The notes: generated by a model not told the origin, from the letters alone. Positions 50,282 to 60,490 are shown, numbered from the stretch's first letter. The stretch: DNA of 64,000 nucleotides from an uncultured Acidobacteriota bacterium (GCA_963809485.1 CAWEJX010000016.1:32001-96000), one strand, 5' to 3'. Numbers and translations: made by a program.

Positions 50282-50344
50282 CCTTCATTACGGTGCCGAA
50301 GCAAGATACCGACGATAGGCGCGAGATGCAAGGCGTACGGCACC

Positions 50345-50390
50345 AACGTTGCACGTTGAACGTTCAAACGTTTCAACGTTCAACGGTTTT
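50345..50390. repeat. AACGTT tandem array
   Basis: aacgttg cacgttg aacgttc aaacgtttc aacgttc aacggtt. Confidence 0.85.
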
Positions 50391-51403
50391 CAGTTGACGG
50401 CGGCTTGTCCGGAAAGCTGGAGATGGTAGATGGAATTGCTGCTGGCAAGATACATGCTCTCCCCGGCCACTGCGAGACCGGCCATAACAGGAGCAGCCAC
50501 GCAATGCTGCATCGAGCCGCTTCGCGGCGAATATCTGAAGATCCCCTTTTTGCCCATGAAGGCCGCGGCAACCAGCAAATCTCCATCAGGGAGAAATGCC
50601 ATCCCCTGAGGCCGGGCCAATCCCTTTACAAGGGTTTCAACCGCCCCGTCGCCGGAAAAACGAAACAGGCCGTCACGCAGGGAAATGGTCGGGCCGGTCA
50701 AATAAAGCCGATCTTCGGAATCCATCGCCAGGTGATAGGCGGAAATGCTGGGCTCCATGCGGGCAAACAGCTCCTTGTTGCCCGAGGCATCGATACGGAA
50801 AATTCGGCCGGTACGGTCGCCCACATACAGCCTCCCCTTCGAATCGAACGCCAGGCCACAGGGTATTCCCAGATCATCCGCCACCACCTCAAGCTGCTCG
50901 TAATCCGTATAGCGCAGGACAGTTCCGTCGCTGCGGCTGGAAATATAAAGCTGGCGCTCCTTTGAGAATGCCAGCCCGGTGGGATTCATGATTTCACAGG
51001 GGAAGGGTATCTTATCTCCGTGCTTTGTCACACGAATCAGGGGCTGCGCCACCTGCTGTCCGCGGCTGCCGCTGATGGTCGTGATGATGGTCCCGTCGGG
51101 CGCCACTACCGGGCTGGCCACCGGATGCAGGTTGGAGGCCAGGCACTTTGCGAGACTGAAAGGAAAAAGCTCCGATAACGCATTCTCAATTTCCAGGACC
51201 AGGCCAAGGCATTTGGGGCTCTCGGGGAGTCTTGCAATGACCTTGCTCTCAGAGGCCGAAACAATAGAGGCGGCAACATCCCCGAAAAGCACCTTGGAAA
51301 ACAAACCGGGAATGAAACCTTTGCATTCCAGGACAATCTCGCCGCCCGGGACTCCCAGGGATGGGTTCGCGCTTACAATTGCAGGTTTTTTCGTCGTTTT
51401 CAT
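50390..51403 (-). CDS. IPT/TIG domain + SMP-30/gluconolactonase-like beta-propeller protein
   Basis: Repeated P.GLAF...G.LYV blades after an Ig-like N-terminus. Confidence 0.8.
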   Translation of the reverse strand: MKTTKKPAIVSANPSLGVPGGEIVLECKGFIPGLFSKVLFGDVAASIVSASESKVIARLPESPKCLGLVLEIENALSELFPFSLAKCLASNLHPVASPVVAPDGTIITTISGSRGQQVAQPLIRVTKHGDKIPFPCEIMNPTGLAFSKERQLYISSRSDGTVLRYTDYEQLEVVADDLGIPCGLAFDSKGRLYVGDRTGRIFRIDASGNKELFARMEPSISAYHLAMDSEDRLYLTGPTISLRDGLFRFSGDGAVETLVKGLARPQGMAFLPDGDLLVAAAFMGKKGIFRYSPRSGSMQHCVAAPVMAGLAVAGESMYLASSNSIYHLQLSGQAAVN

Positions 51404-51554
51404 CGCACCGAATTATTGCATCCCGCGATAACCCCATCAATGCCAAAAACACCATGGGTTACGCGGCCATTAAGAATCTTCCGGCAAGAGCTGGAGGCTT
51501 GACGGTTGCCGGCCCCTCAAACAGGCCTGATCGCAATCGATAAGATTAACACCT

Positions 51555-51723
51555 GTTTCACGCGCAATAAACATCCCTAAGGCTTTTTGAACCGCAGAAT
51601 GTCGAAGTCAGGCCCAACTTCTGCGGTTCGACATCCCATATTCAGCATTCCATATTCGGGAAAGGCCTGCTTCAGTATTGGTCAAACTGAGGCTGCCTCA
51701 CCGGCAGAGCCGGTGGATCTCCC
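51555..51723. repeat. Composite repeat (second family), copy of 38972-39175
   Basis: See 38972 feature; ends in gtcaaactgaggctgcctcaccggcagagccggtggatctccc. Confidence 0.75.
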
Positions 51724-51761
51724 GTCGGACTGGGCTGCTGTCCGGCTGTCCGGCGGGGCCG

Positions 51762-51790
51762 TTGACAAGGCCGAAGGCCCTCAATATTAT
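51762..51790 (+). promoter_or_regulatory. Sigma70 promoter of uvrA
   Basis: TTGACA-N17-TATTAT. Confidence 0.8.
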
Positions 51791-51823
51791 TGCTTGTTTG
51801 CCTGCCTGGAGGAATTCCCCGCT

Positions 51824-54736
51824 GTGAGCTTTGAACAGAAAGATGCGATCATTGTCAGGGGTGCGAGGGTTCACAACCTGAAAAATATCACCGTCCCAAT
51901 TCCTCTCAATTCCCTGACAGTGGTGACCGGAGTGTCGGGCAGCGGAAAAAGCAGCCTCGCTTTTGACACCCTTTACGCCGAAGGTCAGCGCCGCTACATC
52001 GCCTCTCTCTCCGCATATGCCAGACAGTTTTTGGAGCGCATTGACCGGCCGGATGTGGACGATATCGAGGGGATTTGCCCCGCGCTGGCCATCCGCCAAA
52101 AAAATTATTCCCGGAATCCCAGGTCTACGGTCGGCACCGTCACCGAGATCAACGACTACCTGCGCCTGCTGTATGCGCGCATCGGAACAACCTACTGTCA
52201 TCGGTGCGGACGGGTTGTCGAGAAGGACACGCCCCAAAAAATTGCCGACTTCGTGATGTCCTTGCCGCGAGGCCAGCGAGTCTATCTTTGCATGCGTCTC
52301 GCACTCGATTCCCCCGGGCCGCTGCAGGCGGGGCGCGCCGCTCGAAAGGGAGCCAAAACACAGCCTTCAGCTTTTCGGCCGGAGGATCGCCTGTCGGTGA
52401 TGCTTCCAGGCCTCCGGCAACAGGGTTATGTCCGGCTGCTGATCGGCCGGGAAACCGTCGACCTGAACGAGGCGGTGGACGCTTTGCGCAAAAGCGCCGG
52501 CAAGGAAGCTCATGTCGTCGTCGACCGTCTGGTCGTCGAAGACGACATACGCAAACGGCTTGTGGATTCCATCGAGATCTGCAGCCGGGATGCCGAAGGC
52601 CATGTGGAGATGCTGCTGCTGTCCGATACGCCGGGCGCAATCGAGCAGATGCTGCGGACCGCGCATCCCGATATCCGGTGGATCGATCACCCGGCAGGCG
52701 TTCTGGTCAAGTTCAGCGAGGCATTCGAATGCCAGCTTTGTCATGTCTCCTATCAGGAGCCTGAACCCAGGCTGTTTTCTTTTAATAATCCCTTCGGGGC
52801 GTGTCCGGAATGCCAGGGTTTCGGAAATACTCTGACCATCGATTTCGAACGGGTCATCCCCGATAAATCCAGAAGCCTGGCCGAAGGCGCCCTTGATCCG
52901 TGGACCAAACCCCGCTATCGAGGATTCCAAAGCCGCATGCTGCAATTTGCCGAGCGGGAGGGCATTCCCGTTCACGAGCCCTGGAATGAACTGCCGGAAA
53001 GAGATAAGGATAGAATTATCAAAGGACACGGCAGCTTCCCGGGGGTCCTGGGGTTTTTCAAATACCTGGAACAGAAGAAGTACAAGATGCACGTCCGCAT
53101 ATTTATCAGCCGCTACAGGGGCTATGCAACCTGCCTTGCCTGCCATGGAGAGAGGCTGCGCCAGGAAGCGAGGGATGTTTTGATTGGGGGCCAGTCGATC
53201 ACCGGGGTGGCAGGCATGACCATTGAACAGGCCGCCGGCTTTTTCTCGGGCCTCGAACTGTCTCAGCAGCAGGCTGCGATAGCCGACAGGATTCTGGCCG
53301 AGATTCGTCAACGGCTGGATCTGCTCTTGCGCGTGGGGCTGGGCTACATTACTCTGGACCGGCTCTCTTCCACGCTTTCGGGCGGGGAATCCCAAAGAAT
53401 CCAGCTGGCCACATCACTCGGATCCACTCTGGTCGGCGCCCTCTATGTTCTGGACGAACCGAGCATAGGGCTTCACCCCAGGGACAGCCAGCGGCTGGTG
53501 GAAATTCTTAAGAGCCTCAAACTGCTTGGCAATACGGTGCTTGTCGTGGAGCACGACCCGGGGATCATGAGGGCGGCGGACCATATTGTCGATCTGGGGC
53601 CCGGCGCAGGGGAACATGGCGGAGAGGTGGTTTACCAGGGCGACCTCCCTTCGCTGCTGCAGGACTCCAAATCGCTGACCGCCCGGTATTTGAGCGGAGA
53701 CCTCAGGATCCCCGTTCCCCTCTTCCGACGCAAGAACGTCGGCAAAGCCATCGAACTCGTCAATGCCTTCAAACACAACCTGAAGCATCTGAACATGCGG
53801 ATCCCGCTCGGCTTGCTCGTGTGCATCACAGGTGTCAGCGGAAGCGGAAAATCCACCCTGGTTCAGGATGTGCTTTATGCAGCCCTGAAGAAAGCCAAGG
53901 GCGAAATGAAGGAATCCCCGCCGGGGCTGGAAACGATCCGCGGCGCTGAGCGCGTTTCCGATGTCATCCTGGTGGACCAGTCCCCGATAGGGAGAACTCC
54001 GCGCTCCAATCCCGCGACCTATACCAAGGCGTTCGATGAAATACGCCACCTTTTCGCCTCCACGCGGGACGCCTATGGGAGGGGCTTTGGACCCGGGCAT
54101 TTTTCATTCAATCTCGACGCGGGGCGCTGCGAAACCTGTCAGGGCAACGGCACGGTTACCATCGAGATGCAGTTCCTGGCCGACGTCGAACTGACCTGTG
54201 AAGACTGCAAAGGCAAGCGGTTCAAAAGCGCCGTTCTGGAGGTCCGGTACAAATCCAAAAATATTGCCGATGTTCTGGATATGACGGTGCACGAAGCTAT
54301 CGAGTTTTTTGCCGGGCGGCAGGGGATTGTCCGCAAACTGCGCGTGCTCGAGGAAATAGGATTGGGATATCTGCGTCTGGGCCAATCCGCTACTTCGCTT
54401 TCCGGCGGCGAGGCGCAAAGAATCAAGCTGGCCTCCTATATCTCCCAAACGCGAACGGGCAATATTCTGTATGTTTTTGACGAGCCGACCACCGGCCTGC
54501 ATTTTGACGATATCAGGAAGCTGCTCGCAGCCTTCGACAGACTCATCAGCGCAGGGAACTCCATAGTCGTCATTGAGCACAACCTTGACGTGATCAAAAC
54601 GGCGGACTGGATCATCGACCTGGGGCCGGAGGGTGGAGACGCCGGCGGCCAAATCGTGTTCGAGGGAATCCCGGAAGACATCGTAAACTGCACCGAATCG
54701 CATACCGGCCGCATGCTCCGGCCTTATCTCGACTGA
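51824..54736 (+). CDS. uvrA: Excinuclease ABC subunit A
   Basis: Two GVSGSGKS Walker A motifs, two LSGGE signatures, zinc fingers; GGAGG RBS before GTG. Confidence 0.97.
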   Translation: MSFEQKDAIIVRGARVHNLKNITVPIPLNSLTVVTGVSGSGKSSLAFDTLYAEGQRRYIASLSAYARQFLERIDRPDVDDIEGICPALAIRQKNYSRNPRSTVGTVTEINDYLRLLYARIGTTYCHRCGRVVEKDTPQKIADFVMSLPRGQRVYLCMRLALDSPGPLQAGRAARKGAKTQPSAFRPEDRLSVMLPGLRQQGYVRLLIGRETVDLNEAVDALRKSAGKEAHVVVDRLVVEDDIRKRLVDSIEICSRDAEGHVEMLLLSDTPGAIEQMLRTAHPDIRWIDHPAGVLVKFSEAFECQLCHVSYQEPEPRLFSFNNPFGACPECQGFGNTLTIDFERVIPDKSRSLAEGALDPWTKPRYRGFQSRMLQFAEREGIPVHEPWNELPERDKDRIIKGHGSFPGVLGFFKYLEQKKYKMHVRIFISRYRGYATCLACHGERLRQEARDVLIGGQSITGVAGMTIEQAAGFFSGLELSQQQAAIADRILAEIRQRLDLLLRVGLGYITLDRLSSTLSGGESQRIQLATSLGSTLVGALYVLDEPSIGLHPRDSQRLVEILKSLKLLGNTVLVVEHDPGIMRAADHIVDLGPGAGEHGGEVVYQGDLPSLLQDSKSLTARYLSGDLRIPVPLFRRKNVGKAIELVNAFKHNLKHLNMRIPLGLLVCITGVSGSGKSTLVQDVLYAALKKAKGEMKESPPGLETIRGAERVSDVILVDQSPIGRTPRSNPATYTKAFDEIRHLFASTRDAYGRGFGPGHFSFNLDAGRCETCQGNGTVTIEMQFLADVELTCEDCKGKRFKSAVLEVRYKSKNIADVLDMTVHEAIEFFAGRQGIVRKLRVLEEIGLGYLRLGQSATSLSGGEAQRIKLASYISQTRTGNILYVFDEPTTGLHFDDIRKLLAAFDRLISAGNSIVVIEHNLDVIKTADWIIDLGPEGGDAGGQIVFEGIPEDIVNCTESHTGRMLRPYLD

Positions 54737-54749
54737 AAAAATGCCGCAT

Positions 54750-54967
54750 GTCAGGCACCTCCGGCAAAGACGGAGGCTTGAAAGATTGGAACCGCTCAAA
54801 GCGGTTGGAGGAGTTACGCTGGTCTTGAACGCTGACTTACGCGGCAGATTCGCCGACAAATCGACGTTAGTCAGCGCGTTTGTCAGCGTATCTCAGCGTT
54901 TCAAAATACGGAGCTGTCAAACGCTATGAGTCCCCCGGCAGAGCCAGGGTTTTACCAATAGAATTAA
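54750..54967. mobile_element. IS200/IS605-like miniature element, copy E (short form)
   Basis: Both ends match copies B and D; inner inverted-repeat layers absent. Confidence 0.75.
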
Positions 54968-55084
54968 ACGGGACTCATTGGGAGACAATGGTAATTTCAC
55001 GCGGAGGCGCGTGTGCTTATTGTGAGTTGCGGCATGCTGTACCATGGATTTCACAGCCTTTTGGGTGCTTTCAGGCCGGGTGGC

Positions 55085-55114
55085 TTGACCCCGGGCATTT
55101 GCTGCAGGTATGAT
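55085..55114 (+). promoter_or_regulatory. Sigma70 promoter of 6S RNA
   Basis: TTGACC-N18-TATGAT just upstream of the predicted RNA 5' end. Confidence 0.6.
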
Positions 55115-55120
55115 GTGGGT

Positions 55121-55301
55121 AGCCCCTGCAATGTTGGTGATGGCAAACATTATTTGAGCCAACATTCTATTTGATGGGAGCCCGTATCATGCTGCCGTGT
55201 GCGAGCTTTTCCTTCGGGAACTTGATTGCCTGACGCAGCCTGTAGGACACCCCCTTGGTAACAAGGTTCAAATAGATATGCCACACGGCGGCGCGGGGGC
55301 A
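55121..55301 (+). ncRNA. ssrS: 6S RNA
   Basis: ~180 nt rod: gcccctgc/gcgggggc closing stem, tatttgagcc/ggttcaaata pairing, central bubble, T-run after; directly upstream of ymdB. Confidence 0.85.
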
Positions 55302-55336
55302 CTTTTTTTTGCGCTTCCTTGGAAAAACGGAGCGAA

Positions 55337-56122
55337 ATGCGAACTCTCTTCCTGGGTGATATATTCGGAAAACCGGGCAGGAAACTGATACAGGAAAAAC
55401 TGCGTGGGCTTATTCACGAGTACCGTATCGATTTGTGTATCGCCAATATTGAAAATGCCGCCGGCGGATTCGGCGTCACCCAGCCGATCGCCGAGGAACT
55501 CCTGAAATGCGGGATAGATCTCCTCACGTCCGGCAACCACATCTGGGACAAGCGCGCTATCACTCCCTACCTCTCGGAACAGCCCAGGCTTCTGCGCCCT
55601 CATAACTATCCGAAGGGAGTCCCGGGCTCGGGCATCTATATCGGGGACACCACATGCGGCGTGCGGGTCGGCGTGCTTAACCTGCAGGGGCGCGTGTTCA
55701 TGGCAAGCATCGACTGTCCTTTCACCACAGGCCTGGCGGCCGTGGAATCGATGCGCAAGCAGACTCCGGTCATCATTGTGGACTTTCACGCGGAGGCGAC
55801 TTCGGAGAAACAGGCGATGGGCTGGTTTCTTGACGGGCAGGTCAGCGCGGTTCTGGGCACGCACACGCACGTCCAGACTGCGGATGAACGGATCCTGCCG
55901 CGCGGCACCGCCTTTATTACCGATCTCGGGATGACGGGCCCTCACGATTCCGTAATCGGGTCTGTTCAGGATCTGGCGCTGGACCGCTTTCTCCGGCAAA
56001 TACCTGTCCGGCTGGAGCCGGCTTCGGGGAATTTAAGGGTTTGCGGAGCGGTGATCGAAATCGACGAAGCGAGCGGCCGGGCAACCTCCATCGAGCGGCT
56101 CAACCTCCCCTACTCTCTCTAA
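55337..56122 (+). CDS. ymdB: YmdB-family metallophosphoesterase
   Basis: GDIFG.PG, ENAAGGFG, SGNH, DFHAEATSEK, GTHTHVQTAD. Confidence 0.95.
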   Translation: MRTLFLGDIFGKPGRKLIQEKLRGLIHEYRIDLCIANIENAAGGFGVTQPIAEELLKCGIDLLTSGNHIWDKRAITPYLSEQPRLLRPHNYPKGVPGSGIYIGDTTCGVRVGVLNLQGRVFMASIDCPFTTGLAAVESMRKQTPVIIVDFHAEATSEKQAMGWFLDGQVSAVLGTHTHVQTADERILPRGTAFITDLGMTGPHDSVIGSVQDLALDRFLRQIPVRLEPASGNLRVCGAVIEIDEASGRATSIERLNLPYSL

Positions 56123-56129
56123 AGTATGA

Positions 56130-56194
56130 TCGTTGGAACGTAAGTTCGAACGTTGAACGTTGCAACGTTCTAACGTTTGAACGTTCAGCGTTCG
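56130..56194. repeat. AACGTT tandem array between convergent ymdB and zapA
   Basis: aacgttg aacgttgc aacgttct aacgtttg aacgttc. Confidence 0.85.
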
Positions 56195-56487
56195 ATGATG
56201 ATGCGGTCGAGCATGGAGACGCAGGCCTGGGAACGCCGGCCGACGGAATCATCCAGCCGCTGAAGCTCTTCCCTGGACCGCTGCAGATCGTCGACCAGGT
56301 TGAGAGCCGCCAGGATCGCAACTTTCAGCGTATCCACAGATCCCGTGGAAGCGGTAACCTCGCGCATCTTCTTGTCGAGGCTGGCGCACAAAATCTTAAG
56401 GCGTTCCGGATCCCCGGTGGTCAGCAGCGTATATTCCCGATCATAAATCTTGACTCGGACAGATCTAGGTTCCGGCTGTTCGCTCAT
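56185..56487 (-). CDS. zapA: Cell division protein ZapA
   Basis: V.VKIYDREYTL, KVAILAALNL.DD, coiled coil. Confidence 0.9.
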   Translation of the reverse strand: MSEQPEPRSVRVKIYDREYTLLTTGDPERLKILCASLDKKMREVTASTGSVDTLKVAILAALNLVDDLQRSREELQRLDDSVGRRSQACVSMLDRIIIER

Positions 56488-56527
56488 GGGCCTGTCCTCG
56501 CGCCCCATCAGGGATCATCCGGTCCCT

Positions 56528-56806
56528 TCAGCGCGCCTCTAAAGTGGCGAGAAGAGACAGAGCCTTTTCCACCCGCTCCCGCAGCTCTTCGCGCTCCTTC
56601 TGGTACTGTGCCAGATTGTCATGAACCATGGATTCGTTTTTGCGCAGAGACCCGATCTCCTCCTTCAACTGCTGGTTCTCGGCTTTGAGGATTTCGTTGT
56701 CTCTGCGAATGGATTTGTATTCCTCCACCATGCGGAAGATCTTGTCCTCAAGTTGGCCGAAGCGTTCAAGACCTGTGAGTTCCCGCTGAGGTTTGTTCTC
56801 GTTCAT
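56528..56806 (-). CDS. ZapB-like coiled-coil protein
   Basis: All-heptad 92 aa protein between pheT and zapA. Confidence 0.75.
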   Translation of the reverse strand: MNENKPQRELTGLERFGQLEDKIFRMVEEYKSIRRDNEILKAENQQLKEEIGSLRKNESMVHDNLAQYQKEREELRERVEKALSLLATLEAR

Positions 56807-58857
56807 AAGGATCTGAGCCCCGCTTTAAAAGTATTGGATAGATATGATAAGACAGTATCAATGAAACCCTGCACCCGGTCAACTGTAAGGGTCTTTTCGC
56901 GATCCTGAAAAGTGAACCTCAAAGTCATGCTGAGCTTGCCGGCCGGGATTTTTTCGCCTTCATAAATATCGATCAGATCCAGTTCGGTCAACTCCGGAAT
57001 CGCCAGTTCCAGGATGCCCTGCCGGATTTTTTGATATGTCAGGTCCCGGTCCACGACAATCGACATATCCCGTTTCACCGATGGGTATTTGGCGAGAGGT
57101 TCGTAGGATATCGGGGAAAAGGCGACGGGCAACAGGCGCTCGACGTTGATTTCCGCCACGTAAACGGGCTGTCTGAGTTTGTACTTTTCATCAAGAGGCA
57201 CGGATACGGCCCCAAGCACCCCGACCGCTTCCCCGCCGATTTTCAAAACCGCGCTCTCCGCGGGATTCAGCCAGCCGACTTCATCCGTCGGCACGATCTC
57301 GAAGGAGCGGATGCGGATTCCGTTCAAAAGCGCCGCAAGTACGCCCTTTAGATGAAAGAAGTTGTACTCTGCGGCTGGATTCACCCAATTCTGATCCGTG
57401 AATCCTCCCGTTCCCAGGATGCCCAGCACCGTGTGTTCCACGGGGGACCCATCCGGACCCGATTCATAAACTCTGCCGATTTCGAACAGCCGGACCAGGC
57501 GCTGGTCATAGTTAAAGTTCCGTTTTGCCGATCGGACCAGCCCTGGGGCCAACGCAGTGCGCATGTATTGGGTATCCTCAGTCAAGGGGTTTTTTATCGC
57601 GATGCGCTCGCCATGCAGAGGAGCGAAATCGGCGTGATCCGGTTCCAGGGCAAAGCTGAGATTTACGGCTTCGCTGTATCCCTGCCCGATCAGTATTTCC
57701 CGCACAGCCTGTTCGAGGCCGTAAACCGGGGAGTGCGACCCCACTCCCTTGCTGGGCGGCAGAGTCGCCGGTATGTTCTGGTAGCCGTAAAAACGTACCA
57801 GTTCCTCAATCAGATCGGCTTCCAGTTCCATGTCCGCGCGGTAGGTCGGGCACGTGACGTTCCACGAACCCTCTCCGCCCGCCTCAACCCCGAATTCCAG
57901 GCGCCGTAAGGTGGATTCGATAAATTCGCCTGACAACTCAACTCCCAGCAGCGCGGATGCGTTTTTTTGCCGCAACAGAATCTTTACAGGCTCCTTCCGC
58001 CCCGGGTAGACATCCTGGAGGCTCCCGGCGATGCTGCCGCCGGCAAGCTGCTCGATCAGGTAGCAGGAACGCGCAATCGCCGACACGGTGTTCTCCCAAT
58101 CCGCGCCCCGCTCGAAACGGTAGCTGGCCTCTGTCGAGAGGCCGAGTTTCTTGGAGGTGCGCCGAACCGAGGTCGGGTTGAAATAAGCGGACTCCAGAAG
58201 CACACGGGTTGTCGACAATGAGATCTCCGAGTTCAGTCCGCCCATGACACCCGCTATGCCGACAGACCCCTCGCCGTCGTTGATCAGCAGCATCTCTCCA
58301 TCCAATTCCCGCTGAACTCCGTCAAGAGTCTGCATGAGTTCGCCCGGATGGGCCCTTGCCACGACGATCTTTCCCCCGCGCAGCAGGTCGAAATCGAAGG
58401 CGTGAAGCGGGTGGCCCATCTCCAGGAGGACATAATTGGTGATGTCGACGATGTTGTTCACAGGCCTCATCCCAGCGGCCTCGAGGCGCCGCTGCATCCA
58501 GGCAGGGGAAGCCCCCACGCGAATGCCGTCGAGCACCAGCGCCACGTAACGCGGGCACAGATCCTCATCCCGCACCTCAATTATGTATGGAATTCTTTCG
58601 GAGGCAGCCTGGAGATGCTCCTCCTGCGGCGGCCGCTTCAGCGGCCGCCGGTAGAGGGCAGACACTTCCCGCGCGATTCCTATGTAGCTCAGGCAGTCCG
58701 GCCGGTTTGAAGTTACTTCGACCTCCAGAACAGAGGTCTCCGGAGCTTCCGCTATGGTTTCCACCAGAAGCCCGATCATGGAAAGGTCTTCTTTCAGTCT
58801 TTCCGGACTTTCCCTTATTTCGACATATTCCTGAAGCCACTCAAGGCTGACTTTCAT
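56803..58857 (-). CDS. pheT: Phenylalanine-tRNA ligase beta subunit (short form)
   Basis: MKVSLEWL, TSNRPDCLS, NNIVDITNY, ASYRFERG, RLFEIGRVY, KRDMS. Confidence 0.97.
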   Translation of the reverse strand: MKVSLEWLQEYVEIRESPERLKEDLSMIGLLVETIAEAPETSVLEVEVTSNRPDCLSYIGIAREVSALYRRPLKRPPQEEHLQAASERIPYIIEVRDEDLCPRYVALVLDGIRVGASPAWMQRRLEAAGMRPVNNIVDITNYVLLEMGHPLHAFDFDLLRGGKIVVARAHPGELMQTLDGVQRELDGEMLLINDGEGSVGIAGVMGGLNSEISLSTTRVLLESAYFNPTSVRRTSKKLGLSTEASYRFERGADWENTVSAIARSCYLIEQLAGGSIAGSLQDVYPGRKEPVKILLRQKNASALLGVELSGEFIESTLRRLEFGVEAGGEGSWNVTCPTYRADMELEADLIEELVRFYGYQNIPATLPPSKGVGSHSPVYGLEQAVREILIGQGYSEAVNLSFALEPDHADFAPLHGERIAIKNPLTEDTQYMRTALAPGLVRSAKRNFNYDQRLVRLFEIGRVYESGPDGSPVEHTVLGILGTGGFTDQNWVNPAAEYNFFHLKGVLAALLNGIRIRSFEIVPTDEVGWLNPAESAVLKIGGEAVGVLGAVSVPLDEKYKLRQPVYVAEINVERLLPVAFSPISYEPLAKYPSVKRDMSIVVDRDLTYQKIRQGILELAIPELTELDLIDIYEGEKIPAGKLSMTLRFTFQDREKTLTVDRVQGFIDTVLSYLSNTFKAGLRSL

Positions 58858-58912
58858 AAAAGAACTCCTGATAAATGCCTGCGCGCATCCACTATTTGTT
58901 ATGCATCCTGTA

Positions 58913-59929
58913 TCAAAACTGCTTTAAAAACCTGAGATCGTTTTCGAAGAAGAGCCGTATATCGTCCACGCCGTATTTGAGAATGGCAACCCGGTCAATG
59001 CCGAGGCCCCAGGCAAATCCGGAATAACGCGAGTCGTCCAAACCCGACATGCGCAGCACCTTGGGATGAACCATTCCCGCGCCGAGGATTTCAATCCAGC
59101 CGCTCTGTTTGCATTTGGGACATCCCTTGCCGGAGCAGAAGATGCAGCTGATGTCGACTTCAGCGCCCGGTTCCACGAACGGGAAAAAACCCGGCCTGAG
59201 GCGCATTTGAATGTTGGGATGAAAAATCTGCTTGAGAAATGCTTCGAGCATCCCTTTCATGTCTCCCATTGTAATTCCCTCTTCCACGACCACGACATCC
59301 ACCTGGTGAAACATCGGGGAGTGTGTCGCGTCGGCAGGATCCCGCCGGTAGACCTTGCCCGTGGTGACGGCGCGGATGGGAGGCCGGATTGTCTCCATGG
59401 CGTGCACGTCGACCGATGTACAGTGCGAGCGCAGCAGCATCGTTTCGTCCAGGTAAAAGGTGTCCTGGGCATCCCGCGCGGGATGGTTGCGGGGCATATT
59501 CAGAGCTTCAAAATTGTAGTACTCCTTCTCAATCTCGTGCAGGTTCATGACCTGGAAACCCAGTTTCACGAACACCTGCTCGATTTCAGCCTGCAGCCTC
59601 TTGATGGGATGAGCACTGCCCAGGGCGAAAGGATAACCGGGCCTCGTCACATCGATGTGCTGCTGTTTCGCCGTAAGTTCCGCGGCTTTGGCAGTGGCAT
59701 ATTTCTCCTGGAGTCTTTCCTCGGCCAGCGCCCGCAGCTGATTCATTGCCTGCCCGAATGCCGGGCGCTGGTCCTTGGGCAGATCGCGGAGTCTTTTCAG
59801 TTCCGTAGTGATCACTCCGCTGTCCCGGGCCAGGTATTTATCCCTCACAGCTTTCCAGCTCTCCATTCCCGTAATGCTGGCGAAATCCTCTTCAAAACGC
59901 TGCCGCAACTTTTCTATGAGATCATTCAT
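58913..59929 (-). CDS. pheS: Phenylalanine-tRNA ligase alpha subunit
   Basis: HPARDAQDTFY, DATHSPMFHQ, FPFVEP, GFAWGLG. Confidence 0.98.
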   Translation of the reverse strand: MNDLIEKLRQRFEEDFASITGMESWKAVRDKYLARDSGVITTELKRLRDLPKDQRPAFGQAMNQLRALAEERLQEKYATAKAAELTAKQQHIDVTRPGYPFALGSAHPIKRLQAEIEQVFVKLGFQVMNLHEIEKEYYNFEALNMPRNHPARDAQDTFYLDETMLLRSHCTSVDVHAMETIRPPIRAVTTGKVYRRDPADATHSPMFHQVDVVVVEEGITMGDMKGMLEAFLKQIFHPNIQMRLRPGFFPFVEPGAEVDISCIFCSGKGCPKCKQSGWIEILGAGMVHPKVLRMSGLDDSRYSGFAWGLGIDRVAILKYGVDDIRLFFENDLRFLKQF

Positions 59930-59951
59930 GGCCTACCTCTGCAGTTTATGG

Positions 59952-60028
59952 GTTTCCGGTTCCCGGTTTCCCGTTCCATCGTTCTCCAGGACCTTCGAAC
60001 GGGTAACGGGAAACTGGGGACGGGAAAC
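59952..60028. repeat. Heptamer-repeat palindrome (GTTTCCG-type arms)
   Basis: gtttccg gttcccg gtttccc gttcc ... aacgggt aacggga aactggg gacggga aac. Confidence 0.7.
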
Positions 60029-60031
60029 CTT

Positions 60032-60067
60032 AAAAGGAAACGCCCGGCGTGGCAGGACACCCGGGCG
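60032..60067 (-). terminator. Probable intrinsic terminator after rplT
   Basis: Minus strand cgcccgg...ccgggcg followed by tttcctttt. Confidence 0.65.
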
Positions 60068-60099
60068 CTCTCGAATCCGAGTCTGTAAGACGGAAAATC

Positions 60100-60462
60100 T
60101 TAGGCAGCCGCCAGTGCCGCTTTGGCACTTTCGGTCAGTTGAGTAAAGGTCTCGGGATCTTTAATGGCGATCTCGGCAAGGACCCGGCGGTCGAGGGCAA
60201 TGCTTGCCTTTTTCAGGCCGCTCATAAATCGGCTGTAGGAAATGTTGTTCTTACGGGCTGCAGCGCCGATCCGCAGGATAAACAGGCCTCTGAAATCCCG
60301 CTTCTTGGCCCGCCGGTCACGGTAGGCAAACTGGAGCGCACGATCGACAGATTCCTTTGCGGACCTGTGAAGCTTGCTCTTGGTCAGGCGATAGCCCTTG
60401 GCCAGCCCCAGGATTTTTTTCCGGCGCTGGATACGTTTGTTACCTCTTTTTACTCTTGGCAT
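60100..60462 (-). CDS. rplT: 50S ribosomal protein L20
   Basis: MPRVKRG, AYRDRR.KKRDFR. Confidence 0.99.
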   Translation of the reverse strand: MPRVKRGNKRIQRRKKILGLAKGYRLTKSKLHRSAKESVDRALQFAYRDRRAKKRDFRGLFILRIGAAARKNNISYSRFMSGLKKASIALDRRVLAEIAIKDPETFTQLTESAKAALAAA

Positions 60463-60490
60463 CTCTTTACTCCGAATTCCGGTCAGAAAA

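Noticed and set aside
51587-51823. 79-aa N-terminal extension of UvrA in the ORF track
   Set aside because: Runs through a repeat element and upstream of a consensus promoter; true start is the GTG at 51824.
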